Shown: one piece after another, positions 20,721 through 28,483 of the stretch
How the letters are laid out: every line of letters begins with the position of its first letter
Numbering within the stretch: the stretch's first letter is position 1
Origin: an uncultured Spirochaetaceae bacterium
GTDB lineage: Bacteria; Spirochaetota; Spirochaetia; DSM-27196; PWMO01
Reading direction: 5' to 3'
NCBI GenBank assembly: GCA_964654185.1
Contig: CAZZIE010000006.1
Location: 2,556-66,555 of the forward strand
Length of the DNA stretch: 64,000 nt
Notes under the pieces: generated by a model
Databases searched by the model: none
Told to the model about the DNA's origin: nothing
Seen by the model: the letters and a program-made list of their open reading frames with translations, nothing else
Position numbers and translations under genes: made by a program

Positions 20721-20960
20721 CTAAGTGACGTCTTTCAGCTGGAGACCATTCTTGCGAAGGAACTGCATGAGTCCAAGCTTGCTCACACTTCGCAGAGCCC
20801 GCGTGGAGAGACGAATTCGGACGAAACGGTTCAGTTCCGGAACGAAAATCCGCTTCGAATGTACATTCGGCTTCTGCCACCGCTTGGTCTTGTTGTGCGC
20901 GTGAGAAATGTTGTTTCCAGACAGTGGTTTCTTGTTCGTTATGGCGCAACGTCGCGACAT
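20721..20960 (-). CDS. rpmB: 50S ribosomal protein L28
   Basis: MSRRCAITNKKPLSGNNISHAHNKTKRWQKPN is a classic L28 N-terminus. ATG at 20960. Confidence 0.93.
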   Translation of the reverse strand: MSRRCAITNKKPLSGNNISHAHNKTKRWQKPNVHSKRIFVPELNRFVRIRLSTRALRSVSKLGLMQFLRKNGLQLKDVT

Positions 20961-21157
20961 TGGTCTATCTCCTACCGGTGAATACACAAAAGGCACGAAC
21001 GTGGCGGGGCGGACGCAAAGCGTCTGCCGACAAAGCCGTCCGTGGAACTGGAAATATATCCTGCCTCTGAGATTGGCGTCAAGGCGCCAACACTCCGCTT
21101 CTCAGTCGCGGGCGGCCTGTCGCCGTTCTGAGTCGCGGGCGCGCCGCCGCCGACTCC

Positions 21158-22465
21158 TCACACAGGGGTGGGCTCGCGCTTGAGGGTCTCCTTCGCCCGC
21201 CCCTGGAGATGGCGAACCGCCAGGTTCCACTTGTAGCTGTTGCCGCCGCGATTCAACAACGTCACCTGGTAGAGGGAGCCCCGGTAGTAGAACTCCAGGA
21301 ACTCGCTGTTCTGGACATTGATACCTTCGATCTCGTCGACCTCGAATACCAGTGACTCTCCACGTCCCTCCGTCGCATCCAGCACCAGACGATCCAGGAA
21401 GAGGCTCAGTATCCCGCGGCCCCGGAACTCCAGCGGTTGGCTCTTGAATCCCTCGCGGACTCTGGCCCTGGCTTCGCTCAGGATGGGATCCGTCCGACCC
21501 GACGCCAGCGCCTCGTCGATCACTCCTTCGAAGTGCTGAACCTGCCAGAGGTTCCATCGACGCAGGTTCGGAAAGTGCAGCGGCCCGGAGACGGGCTCGA
21601 AGGCGCCGTACCCGTTCATCCGTGCAGCGTAGCCGCAGCACTCACAGCGAATGGTGTTGCCGCCGCTCTTGAGTGTACCGATGTTGCGACAATCAGGGCA
21701 TATGAACAGAACGATCTCCAGATACTCTGCCCGGTGGCGGGAGACATATCTGACCCGCCGCTCCTTCTGCGCTTCGAACTCGTCACTGTCGAGATGGCGA
21801 ACGATGTGCTCGTAGATCTCATCGACGGTCATGCCACGCATCTGCTTTGGCGTCAGCGCGAGGGTGTAGTGCATGTCGATGCGCCCGCGCCGCGGGCCAC
21901 GAGCCCACCGAGGAAGAGAGAGGAAGGAGCCCTGAATCCGCGTGGTCACGACAGGGACCTTCAGCGACTTGAGGAGCTTCGCCGTCGAGTAGTAGATGGG
22001 TAAGCTGTGGCCGTCCCAGCTGCTCTGCCCCTCCGGAAAGATGCCAATGACACCTTTCCTCGCCTTAATCTGAACGATCCGCTTGACCGTTTCCAGGTCC
22101 GAAAGCGCCTTCGTCTTGGGAATGCCACCGACAAGACGAAGACCGAAGTCAACAATGGGAGAGCGAAAGTTCGAGTCGGAGACGACGTAGTGAACGGCGT
22201 AGGGAACACGGCTCGCCAGCAGAAAAGGATCGAGCACGCAGGCGTGATTCGCCAGGATGACGAAGGGCGGCTTAACCTGCCGGAAGACCTCGTAGTTGTG
22301 GGCTCGAAGTCGAAACAGCCAGGTCATGACCGGCCCGAAGGTGTGGCGCAGAATGCGAAATACGGTCTCGGAAGCGTGGATGCGGCGTCGCGAACGACGC
22401 AGGTCCCGGCGTTTCCGGCGCGTCGGAGTTGGTGCCGCCTCGCCGGATGTGCCTGCACTACTCAT
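21158..22465 (-). CDS. PlsC-family acyltransferase fused to a C-terminal zinc-ribbon-containing domain
   Basis: NHACVLD (HX4D) and IFPEGQSS motifs. The C-terminal half carries CPDC..N13..CECCG. Start is ATG at 22465 or GTG at 22483. Confidence 0.78.
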   Translation of the reverse strand: MSSAGTSGEAAPTPTRRKRRDLRRSRRRIHASETVFRILRHTFGPVMTWLFRLRAHNYEVFRQVKPPFVILANHACVLDPFLLASRVPYAVHYVVSDSNFRSPIVDFGLRLVGGIPKTKALSDLETVKRIVQIKARKGVIGIFPEGQSSWDGHSLPIYYSTAKLLKSLKVPVVTTRIQGSFLSLPRWARGPRRGRIDMHYTLALTPKQMRGMTVDEIYEHIVRHLDSDEFEAQKERRVRYVSRHRAEYLEIVLFICPDCRNIGTLKSGGNTIRCECCGYAARMNGYGAFEPVSGPLHFPNLRRWNLWQVQHFEGVIDEALASGRTDPILSEARARVREGFKSQPLEFRGRGILSLFLDRLVLDATEGRGESLVFEVDEIEGINVQNSEFLEFYYRGSLYQVTLLNRGGNSYKWNLAVRHLQGRAKETLKREPTPV

Positions 22466-22562
22466 GATACCGGATTTTGACACACCTCCACGGGTAGCTC
22501 AAGTATGTGGCGATCCGCTCTGCGGTTTGCCGAATCCGGCAAGGTGACGGTAATATGCTTCC

Positions 22563-24740
22563 GTGAAACGCTTCCAGCACGCTGAATCGAACCGCCTGTG
22601 GGGGGCCTTGTACCTCATCGCGGCGCTCATCGGTGCGTACTTCGCGCTGGTGAGCCCCATTCGCTTCCAGACGCCGAGCATTGGCGACTACTTCTACCTG
22701 TCGGTCGCGGCGCTCCATCTGGCCTGGGGAAGTGCGCTCTTCGCGACGGCAAGACGCCTCTCCCCGGACGGCCACGTCCTGCTGCCGCGATCCGCGGAGT
22801 TTCTCTTCACATACACCTTCCTGCTCTTCTGGGTGCTATACGCATTCGCCCTGAACGCCAACATGGACTACGTCCAGCGCTTCATGCAGAGCGGTGGAGA
22901 GTTGACCCTCGCCCTCGATACGGCATCGGAACGACTCGAGGTTGCGGTCCGCTTCCTTCCCTTTCTCGCACTGAATCTGGCCCACTACGTTGTCATGCGT
23001 GTGCGTGTTCCCCGTCGGACCGACGGCGCCCTCCGTCCGCGGGGAGGCCGCCTCGGCGAGCGGTTCCGCCGGGACCGTCCGATCCCGGATGCCCCGGGAC
23101 CGGAGATGGTGCGTCAGAACGCGCCGTGGCGCCGTGGCGTGCGGCGGTGGGCGCTTCCCCTCGCGCTGCTCAGCAGCGCTCTCTCGGGCATCGCCCTGCC
23201 GTCCTTCGTTGCGGAGAACGGGATCTGGATCCTCGGCTGGATCGCAATGGTGCCACTCTTCCTGGTCTTCAGCGCTACGGGTTTCTGGGGCGGCGTCTTC
23301 TACGGGCTGGTGTTCGGCCTTTTCCGCCTGGTTCTGACGAACTTCTGGCTCGCCACCTTCAGCCTCGTCTCCCTTCAGTTTGCGGTGCTGGTCTTCCTGG
23401 TCTTCTACGGCCTGTTCTTTCCCATCCTGATGGTGTTCTACCACGGCGCACCGCGGTTTCGACTGGTCATTCTACCCCTGGGGTGGACCCTCTTCGAGTA
23501 TCTGCGCTCTTCGGGTTTTCTGGGCTATCCCTGGGCCCTCACCGCGCACTCTCAGTACTCCGTGCTGCCGATCATTCAGATTGCCTCGGTCACCGGGGTG
23601 TGGGGCGTTTCGTTTCTGGTCATCCTGGTGAATGCCGTCTTTGCCCACGCCCTCATCCGACGGCTCGACCGACCTCATGTGGGAGGCGTTTCGGCGGGCG
23701 GCCTGCGCTCCCCGTTGGGCACCGTCGCGGCAACCCTGGCGGGGCTCGCCCTCCTGGCCTACGCGGGCTCGATCGCCATGACATTCGGGGCGGCGCGCGA
23801 TAACGACCGGCCGGCGCCGCAGGTGCGGGTCGCCCTGATCCAGCAGAACTCCGACCCGCGGAAGCACGAGTACAACAGAACCTTCAACAGCCTCAAACGA
23901 CTCACCGACAAAGCACTGCGGGAGAACCCGGACATCGTCATGTGGTCCGAAACCGCCTTCGTACCGAACATTCGCCGCTGGGGCGCCGAAGAGCCCACCT
24001 CAAGTCGGTACGCGCGCCTGGTGGATCGCTTCCTCACCTACCAGGACTCGATCAACACCTGGCTCGTCACCGGCAACGACGACTACGAGATCGTTACCGA
24101 CGAGGATGGTCGCGAAATCGACAGGCTCAACTACAACGCTGCGGTCCTGTTTGATGACGATGGTAACAGGGTCGACACCTACCGCAAGATCAAACTCGTG
24201 CCCTTCACGGAGTACTTCCCCTACCAGGAGTCTCTCCCGTGGGTCTACCAGCTCCTGCTGGAGTTCGACACCCACTTCTGGGAGCCCGGCGTCGAGCGAA
24301 CGGTCTTCGAGCATCCGGAATTCACCTTCTCCACGCCGATCTGTTTCGAGGACGTCTTTCCCAACGAGGTGCGCCGCTTCGTGCTCGCCGGTGCGGAGGT
24401 CATTGCCAATATGTCGAACGACTACTGGTCCCTCACGCCGGTCCAGGCAAAGCAGCACTTCGTCGCAGGGGTCTTCCGCGCCGTGGAGAACCGGCGCCCC
24501 ATTGTTCGGGCCACGGCCTCCGGGGTCACCGCCAACGTCGACCGGTTCGGGCGCATCAAGGCCACGGTGCCGACCTACAGCGAGGAGTACCTGGTGGCGG
24601 ATGTGACCATTCCGCCGGACCGGTTCACGGTCTATACGCGGTGGGGCGACTGGTTTCCGCTGGCATCCGGGGTGGTGCTGATATTGTTGCTGGTGGTCTC
24701 CCTGGTGCAACCGGGTGCGACCGCGCGGCGCCGGGGATAG
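22563..24740 (+). CDS. lnt: Apolipoprotein N-acyltransferase (Lnt) with a ~180-aa 4-TM N-terminal extension
   Basis: C-terminal CN-hydrolase domain (VALIQQN..MWSETA..KLVPFTEYFP..ICFE) after a polytopic segment. GTG start at 22563. An in-frame internal ATG at 23106 would give a canonical-length Lnt. Confidence 0.85.
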   Translation: MKRFQHAESNRLWGALYLIAALIGAYFALVSPIRFQTPSIGDYFYLSVAALHLAWGSALFATARRLSPDGHVLLPRSAEFLFTYTFLLFWVLYAFALNANMDYVQRFMQSGGELTLALDTASERLEVAVRFLPFLALNLAHYVVMRVRVPRRTDGALRPRGGRLGERFRRDRPIPDAPGPEMVRQNAPWRRGVRRWALPLALLSSALSGIALPSFVAENGIWILGWIAMVPLFLVFSATGFWGGVFYGLVFGLFRLVLTNFWLATFSLVSLQFAVLVFLVFYGLFFPILMVFYHGAPRFRLVILPLGWTLFEYLRSSGFLGYPWALTAHSQYSVLPIIQIASVTGVWGVSFLVILVNAVFAHALIRRLDRPHVGGVSAGGLRSPLGTVAATLAGLALLAYAGSIAMTFGAARDNDRPAPQVRVALIQQNSDPRKHEYNRTFNSLKRLTDKALRENPDIVMWSETAFVPNIRRWGAEEPTSSRYARLVDRFLTYQDSINTWLVTGNDDYEIVTDEDGREIDRLNYNAAVLFDDDGNRVDTYRKIKLVPFTEYFPYQESLPWVYQLLLEFDTHFWEPGVERTVFEHPEFTFSTPICFEDVFPNEVRRFVLAGAEVIANMSNDYWSLTPVQAKQHFVAGVFRAVENRRPIVRATASGVTANVDRFGRIKATVPTYSEEYLVADVTIPPDRFTVYTRWGDWFPLASGVVLILLLVVSLVQPGATARRRG

Positions 24741-24805
24741 CGGCGCTCCGCGAGCGAACGCAGCGCGTGGAGGAGGGGCCGGCAGGGCCGTGCCGTCGCT
24801 GTTGC

Positions 24806-25876
24806 CTATTGCCCGGCGGCCGCCTCGCCTGAATCCTCGCCGGTGTCGTCGCCCGAGGCGGCGGTGCCGGCGGTCACGTGAATCTCAACGCGGCGATTGA
24901 GATGCTGCGAATCCGGCTCGCGCGTCACCGGGTCCTGGCCGCCGATGCCGCGCACGGTAAGGCTATCCGGCTGAGGTGCGCCTGCCTGCCGGAGATGGCG
25001 CCACACGTTACCGGCCCGCGCCTGGGAGAGCTCAATCCGCCCCGCTTCCGTCCCGGCGAGGGCGCAGTGTCCGACGATTCGGAGCGACCGAATGCCTCCA
25101 CGCTCATCAGCCATCCTCTTGAGCCGCTCGACAATCTCATCAAGAGAGCGTCGGGTATCAGGAATGAGTGAAGGGTCGTCGGGGAGGAAGTAGACGGTCC
25201 ATTGGCGCATCACCGCCGCATCGGCGGGTTCCGCCGTGTCGGCAGGTTGGGCTGCCTCGGAGGGCTCCGCGGCGTCAACCCGAGCTCCTTCCTCGTCATC
25301 CGCGCCGCCGGCCGGCGACACGTCCGCTGCGTCGTCACTGTCGGCCCGGGAATCCTCGGCCGGTCGGGGCTCGCCGACCGACTCCGCGGTATCGGAGGAC
25401 TCCGCGGTATCGGGCTCGATGGTCGCGACGGCTTCCTGGCCGGGAACCCACACGGTGAGGCGAAGACCGAGCAGTACCAGGGCCGCCACCAGCACTGCCG
25501 CGAGGGGGATCGCCCATGCCGCCGCCGGAGTCGGCAGCCACCTCCGCACGGGAAGGCGCTTTGTCTGAACGAGCTTCCCCTCCACCTCGAAGCCGATCTC
25601 CGCCACGCCGCTTCTGGTGATCCGCCCGCGCAGGGTCATGCGGGGCTTTCGCCCCAGGCCGGCCGGCAGGTCCGACAACTCGACTACGGCGAGCTGCTCC
25701 CGATGACGGCCGGCGGGATCGTTCACCACGAGCTCGATTCGAGCGCGGCGCTGTCCCTCCGCAATGGTTGTCACGGCAAGATCCCGGGCTGTGCCGCGCA
25801 CAAGAAGAAGGAGCTCTACGTAGTGTCCGTGGTCGACATTGACATCCAGATGTGGCGGCCGGTCGGAATGGGGCAT
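24806..25876 (-). CDS. Single-pass membrane protein with a C-terminal OmpA/MotB-like peptidoglycan-binding domain
   Basis: The C-terminus (VYFLPD..LSQARAGNV..NRRVEIHV) is OmpA_C-like. One central TM (WAIPLAAVLVAALVLLGL) is followed by an acidic linker. Confidence 0.8.
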   Translation of the reverse strand: MPHSDRPPHLDVNVDHGHYVELLLLVRGTARDLAVTTIAEGQRRARIELVVNDPAGRHREQLAVVELSDLPAGLGRKPRMTLRGRITRSGVAEIGFEVEGKLVQTKRLPVRRWLPTPAAAWAIPLAAVLVAALVLLGLRLTVWVPGQEAVATIEPDTAESSDTAESVGEPRPAEDSRADSDDAADVSPAGGADDEEGARVDAAEPSEAAQPADTAEPADAAVMRQWTVYFLPDDPSLIPDTRRSLDEIVERLKRMADERGGIRSLRIVGHCALAGTEAGRIELSQARAGNVWRHLRQAGAPQPDSLTVRGIGGQDPVTREPDSQHLNRRVEIHVTAGTAASGDDTGEDSGEAAAGQ

Positions 25877-25978
25877 CCTTCTGCCCAGTATACGCCACGG
25901 ACCGGGCGGTCGCGAACCCGGCGGTTCTCCTTTTGGCGGACGTCTATCCCCTGGTGTTACTGCGAGACGGCGCGGTGC

Positions 25979-26037
25979 CCGGTGCGCACCAAAGGGGTGC
26001 GCGCCAAAGCGGTGCGCGTTGAAGCGGTGCGCGTCTT
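25979..26037. repeat. 15-bp x4 tandem direct repeat in the OmpA-like/GT divergent gap
   Basis: Core ggtgcgc at 25981, 25996, 26011 and 26026, an exact 15-bp phasing, ending at the GT gene start. Confidence 0.85.
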
Positions 26038-26043
26038 TTGGCT

Positions 26044-27453
26044 ATGCTCCCGTCCATGGACGACCGATTTCGTGTGGCATTCGTGTGCGGCAAGCTGGGC
26101 GATGTGGACGGCGTCTCCCTGGAAGTGGACAAGTGGATATCGACCCTCCAGTCACACGGCCACTCGGTCGTTACGATTGCCGGGAAGTACCGCAATCCTC
26201 TGGAATCGGTACCGCCTGAGGATCAGCTCCTCGTGGAGAGGATCCGCTTCGACTCACCGGAACAGCAGTACTACGAAACCTCGGCGTTTCCACATCTCAA
26301 CCGGCGGCCGCCCCATCAGTCCCGCGAGAAGATCGAGCTCATGCTGGACCAGCTCCAGGCGGACGGCACCGACGTCGCCAACTGGATTGACGAGGTGGTT
26401 CACGAGCGAGACATAGATGTGCTCATTGCGGAGAACACGAACGCCATGCCCATGACGCTGATCGGCGGCATGGCCATGTACAAGCTCGCCACGGAGCGTC
26501 GCATGGCCACCATCTTCCACCATCACGACTTCTGGTGGGAGCGGAGCCGTTTCAGCAACAACTACATCGAATCCTTTCTGAACACGATCATGCCCCCGGT
26601 CGACCTGGGACTGGAGCACACGGTCATTTCGTCCTATGCAGCGCACATCCTGACGAGCCTGAAGCGCGTTCAGCCTCACGTCGTGACGAACTGCGAGGAC
26701 TTCGACCACCCTGTCTGGAAAGGTGAGTACAATCACGACTTCCGCGAACAACTCGGATTCCGGGAGGACGACCTGCTTGTTGTCCAGCCGACCCGCATTG
26801 TCCCGCGCAAGCGCATTGAAGACTCCCTCGCCTTCGTGCGGCACCTCCTGGAACGCTACCCGGAGTACCGCGGCAAGACGCACTACATCATCTCTCTCTA
26901 TCAGGGAGACGAGCCGGATCAGCAGTACATCGATACGATCCAGGATATTGCCCGCGATGCGGATATTCCCCTTCACCTCATTTCAGACCGGGTCGCCTCG
27001 GTCCGCGGCACCGATCCGGAGGGGCGGAAGCTCTACACCAATCGCGACGTTCTGGCCCACGCGGATTTCGTCACCTACCTGCCGGTGTGGGAGGGATTCG
27101 GCAACGCCCTTCTGGAAGCAATCGCCGCGAAGGTACCGATCGTCACGACGACCTACCTGGTCTACAAAACCGATATCATGCCCCTCCAACTCCGCAACGT
27201 TGAGATCCGGGACACCTACGATGAGAAGGGACGCCTGGTCATTCCCGACCGGGCCGTCGACGAGATCGTCCAGATCATCAGGAACCCCAGGGAGCGACAA
27301 GAGCGCGTCGATCACAACTTCCAGGTGGCCCGACAGGAGTTCGGCCTGCACGTCCTCTCGCGGAAGCTCCGGTGGGTGTTTCAGGAGTACGGTGACGAGA
27401 TTCGCGCCTCTCGGAAACGCCGCGCCAAGGCGGGCGCCCGCTACTCGGTGTAA
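26044..27453 (+). CDS. GT-B fold glycosyltransferase (GT4-like)
   Basis: N-terminus RVAFVCGKLGDVDGVS and C-terminal EGFGNALLEA (EX7E-type region). The start is ambiguous among TTG 26038, ATG 26044 and ATG 26056. Confidence 0.8.
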   Translation: MLPSMDDRFRVAFVCGKLGDVDGVSLEVDKWISTLQSHGHSVVTIAGKYRNPLESVPPEDQLLVERIRFDSPEQQYYETSAFPHLNRRPPHQSREKIELMLDQLQADGTDVANWIDEVVHERDIDVLIAENTNAMPMTLIGGMAMYKLATERRMATIFHHHDFWWERSRFSNNYIESFLNTIMPPVDLGLEHTVISSYAAHILTSLKRVQPHVVTNCEDFDHPVWKGEYNHDFREQLGFREDDLLVVQPTRIVPRKRIEDSLAFVRHLLERYPEYRGKTHYIISLYQGDEPDQQYIDTIQDIARDADIPLHLISDRVASVRGTDPEGRKLYTNRDVLAHADFVTYLPVWEGFGNALLEAIAAKVPIVTTTYLVYKTDIMPLQLRNVEIRDTYDEKGRLVIPDRAVDEIVQIIRNPRERQERVDHNFQVARQEFGLHVLSRKLRWVFQEYGDEIRASRKRRAKAGARYSV

Positions 27454-27514
27454 CGAGCTACCGGGTGTAACGAGCTACCCGGCGCAACGCACTATCCGGT
27501 GTAACGCACTACTC
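27447..27514. repeat. 17-bp x4 tandem repeat spanning both stop codons of the convergent GT and lgt genes
   Basis: Units are ggtgtaacgagctacc(g/c) x2, ggcgcaacgcactatcc and ggtgtaacgcactactc. The GT TAA lies in unit 1 and the lgt TAG in unit 4. Confidence 0.85.
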
Positions 27515-28483
27515 AGGATGGAATGTCTCGACTCCGGGGCGCGCCGCCCGGTGGCGGCGGACCGCCCAGAGCATGATAGCGCCACCGGCAATAAACAAGA
27601 CGGACAAGAGCTGGTCGCCCGTGAGGTCCAGGGGCGAAGAGAAGAGTGCCGGAGGGTGCACGGGGCGGGAGAACCGGATGACAAAGGGATCGCGGATGGG
27701 GGGCACCCGCAGATAGCCCAGGAGGAACTGGGCGCAGCCGTAGATGAGAAGATAGGTCGCCGCCAACCATCCTTCGTGGAGGCGTCGCCGCAGGCTCACC
27801 CACCTGAGGACACCCCACGCAATGAGGCCGGTCAGAAGCGCCTCGTAGAGCTGCGCGGGATGACGGGGAAGGTTGACGAACCCGGACTCCCCGATCACCG
27901 GGACCTCCAACGCGATCGCCCGACGATAGATACCCTCCAATGCAAGCGGCACCGGCCGAGCTTCGGGAAAGACCACTCCCCAGGGGAGCGACGTAACCCT
28001 CCCGTAGAGCTCCTGATTGGCGAAGTTACCGACCCGCACCAGAAAGAACATCAGCGGGATCCCGACAACCAGCGCATCCGCCCACAGGAGGACCCGCACT
28101 CGGTGGCGCAGATGGTGGAGAAGAAGAGCAACTGCGGCGCCAAGGAGCCCACCGCCGAAGCTCATACCGCGGATGCTCACAAAATTCATTGATTCATCGA
28201 AGGGCCAGAGTACGAGCCAGGGCCGTCTCACCACCTCCTGCAGGGGACCGAACAGGATGATCCCCCCGATTCGAGCGCCTGCCAGATATCCGATGACGAA
28301 CCAGAAGAAGAAGCGTCGCGCATCCGGCAACTCCTCCGAAGCACCGTGTGCGCGCAGGTGTTCCAGAAAGAGGAGGAAGACGACCCCGTACCCGAGAAGA
28401 TGCAACAGGGTGTACCACCGGATGGGCAGGGCCGGAGCAATGACGGTGTGAAGCCATTCGGGATACACCAGGTAAGCGGTCAT
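27509..28483 (-). CDS. lgt: Prolipoprotein diacylglyceryl transferase
   Basis: Polytopic protein with RVGNFANQELYGRVTSLPWGVVFP and HPAQLYEA motifs. Its ATG forms an ATGA overlap with the FapA-like stop. Confidence 0.92.
   Translation of the reverse strand: MTAYLVYPEWLHTVIAPALPIRWYTLLHLLGYGVVFLLFLEHLRAHGASEELPDARRFFFWFVIGYLAGARIGGIILFGPLQEVVRRPWLVLWPFDESMNFVSIRGMSFGGGLLGAAVALLLHHLRHRVRVLLWADALVVGIPLMFFLVRVGNFANQELYGRVTSLPWGVVFPEARPVPLALEGIYRRAIALEVPVIGESGFVNLPRHPAQLYEALLTGLIAWGVLRWVSLRRRLHEGWLAATYLLIYGCAQFLLGYLRVPPIRDPFVIRFSRPVHPPALFSSPLDLTGDQLLSVLFIAGGAIMLWAVRRHRAARPGVETFHPE

Noticed and set aside
22598-23803. 401-aa plus-strand ORF overlapping lnt in another frame. Similar long alternative-frame or antisense ORFs include 25202-26416, 26723-28192, 42444-43616, 43909-45123, 47070-48485, 49823-51337, 51019-52080, 54589-56073, 56152-57726, 57742-58839 and 59002-59901.
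   Set aside because: Their translations are Arg/Pro/Gly/His-rich with no motifs, as expected for stop-poor off-frames in high-GC DNA. Each overlaps an ORF with clear family signatures or TM/signal features.
27447-27514. Possible CRISPR array, considered for this and the other short tandem repeats (19471-19530, 25979-26037).
   Set aside because: The units are directly adjacent with no unique spacers, there are only 3-4 copies of 15-20 bp, and no cas genes are in the window.
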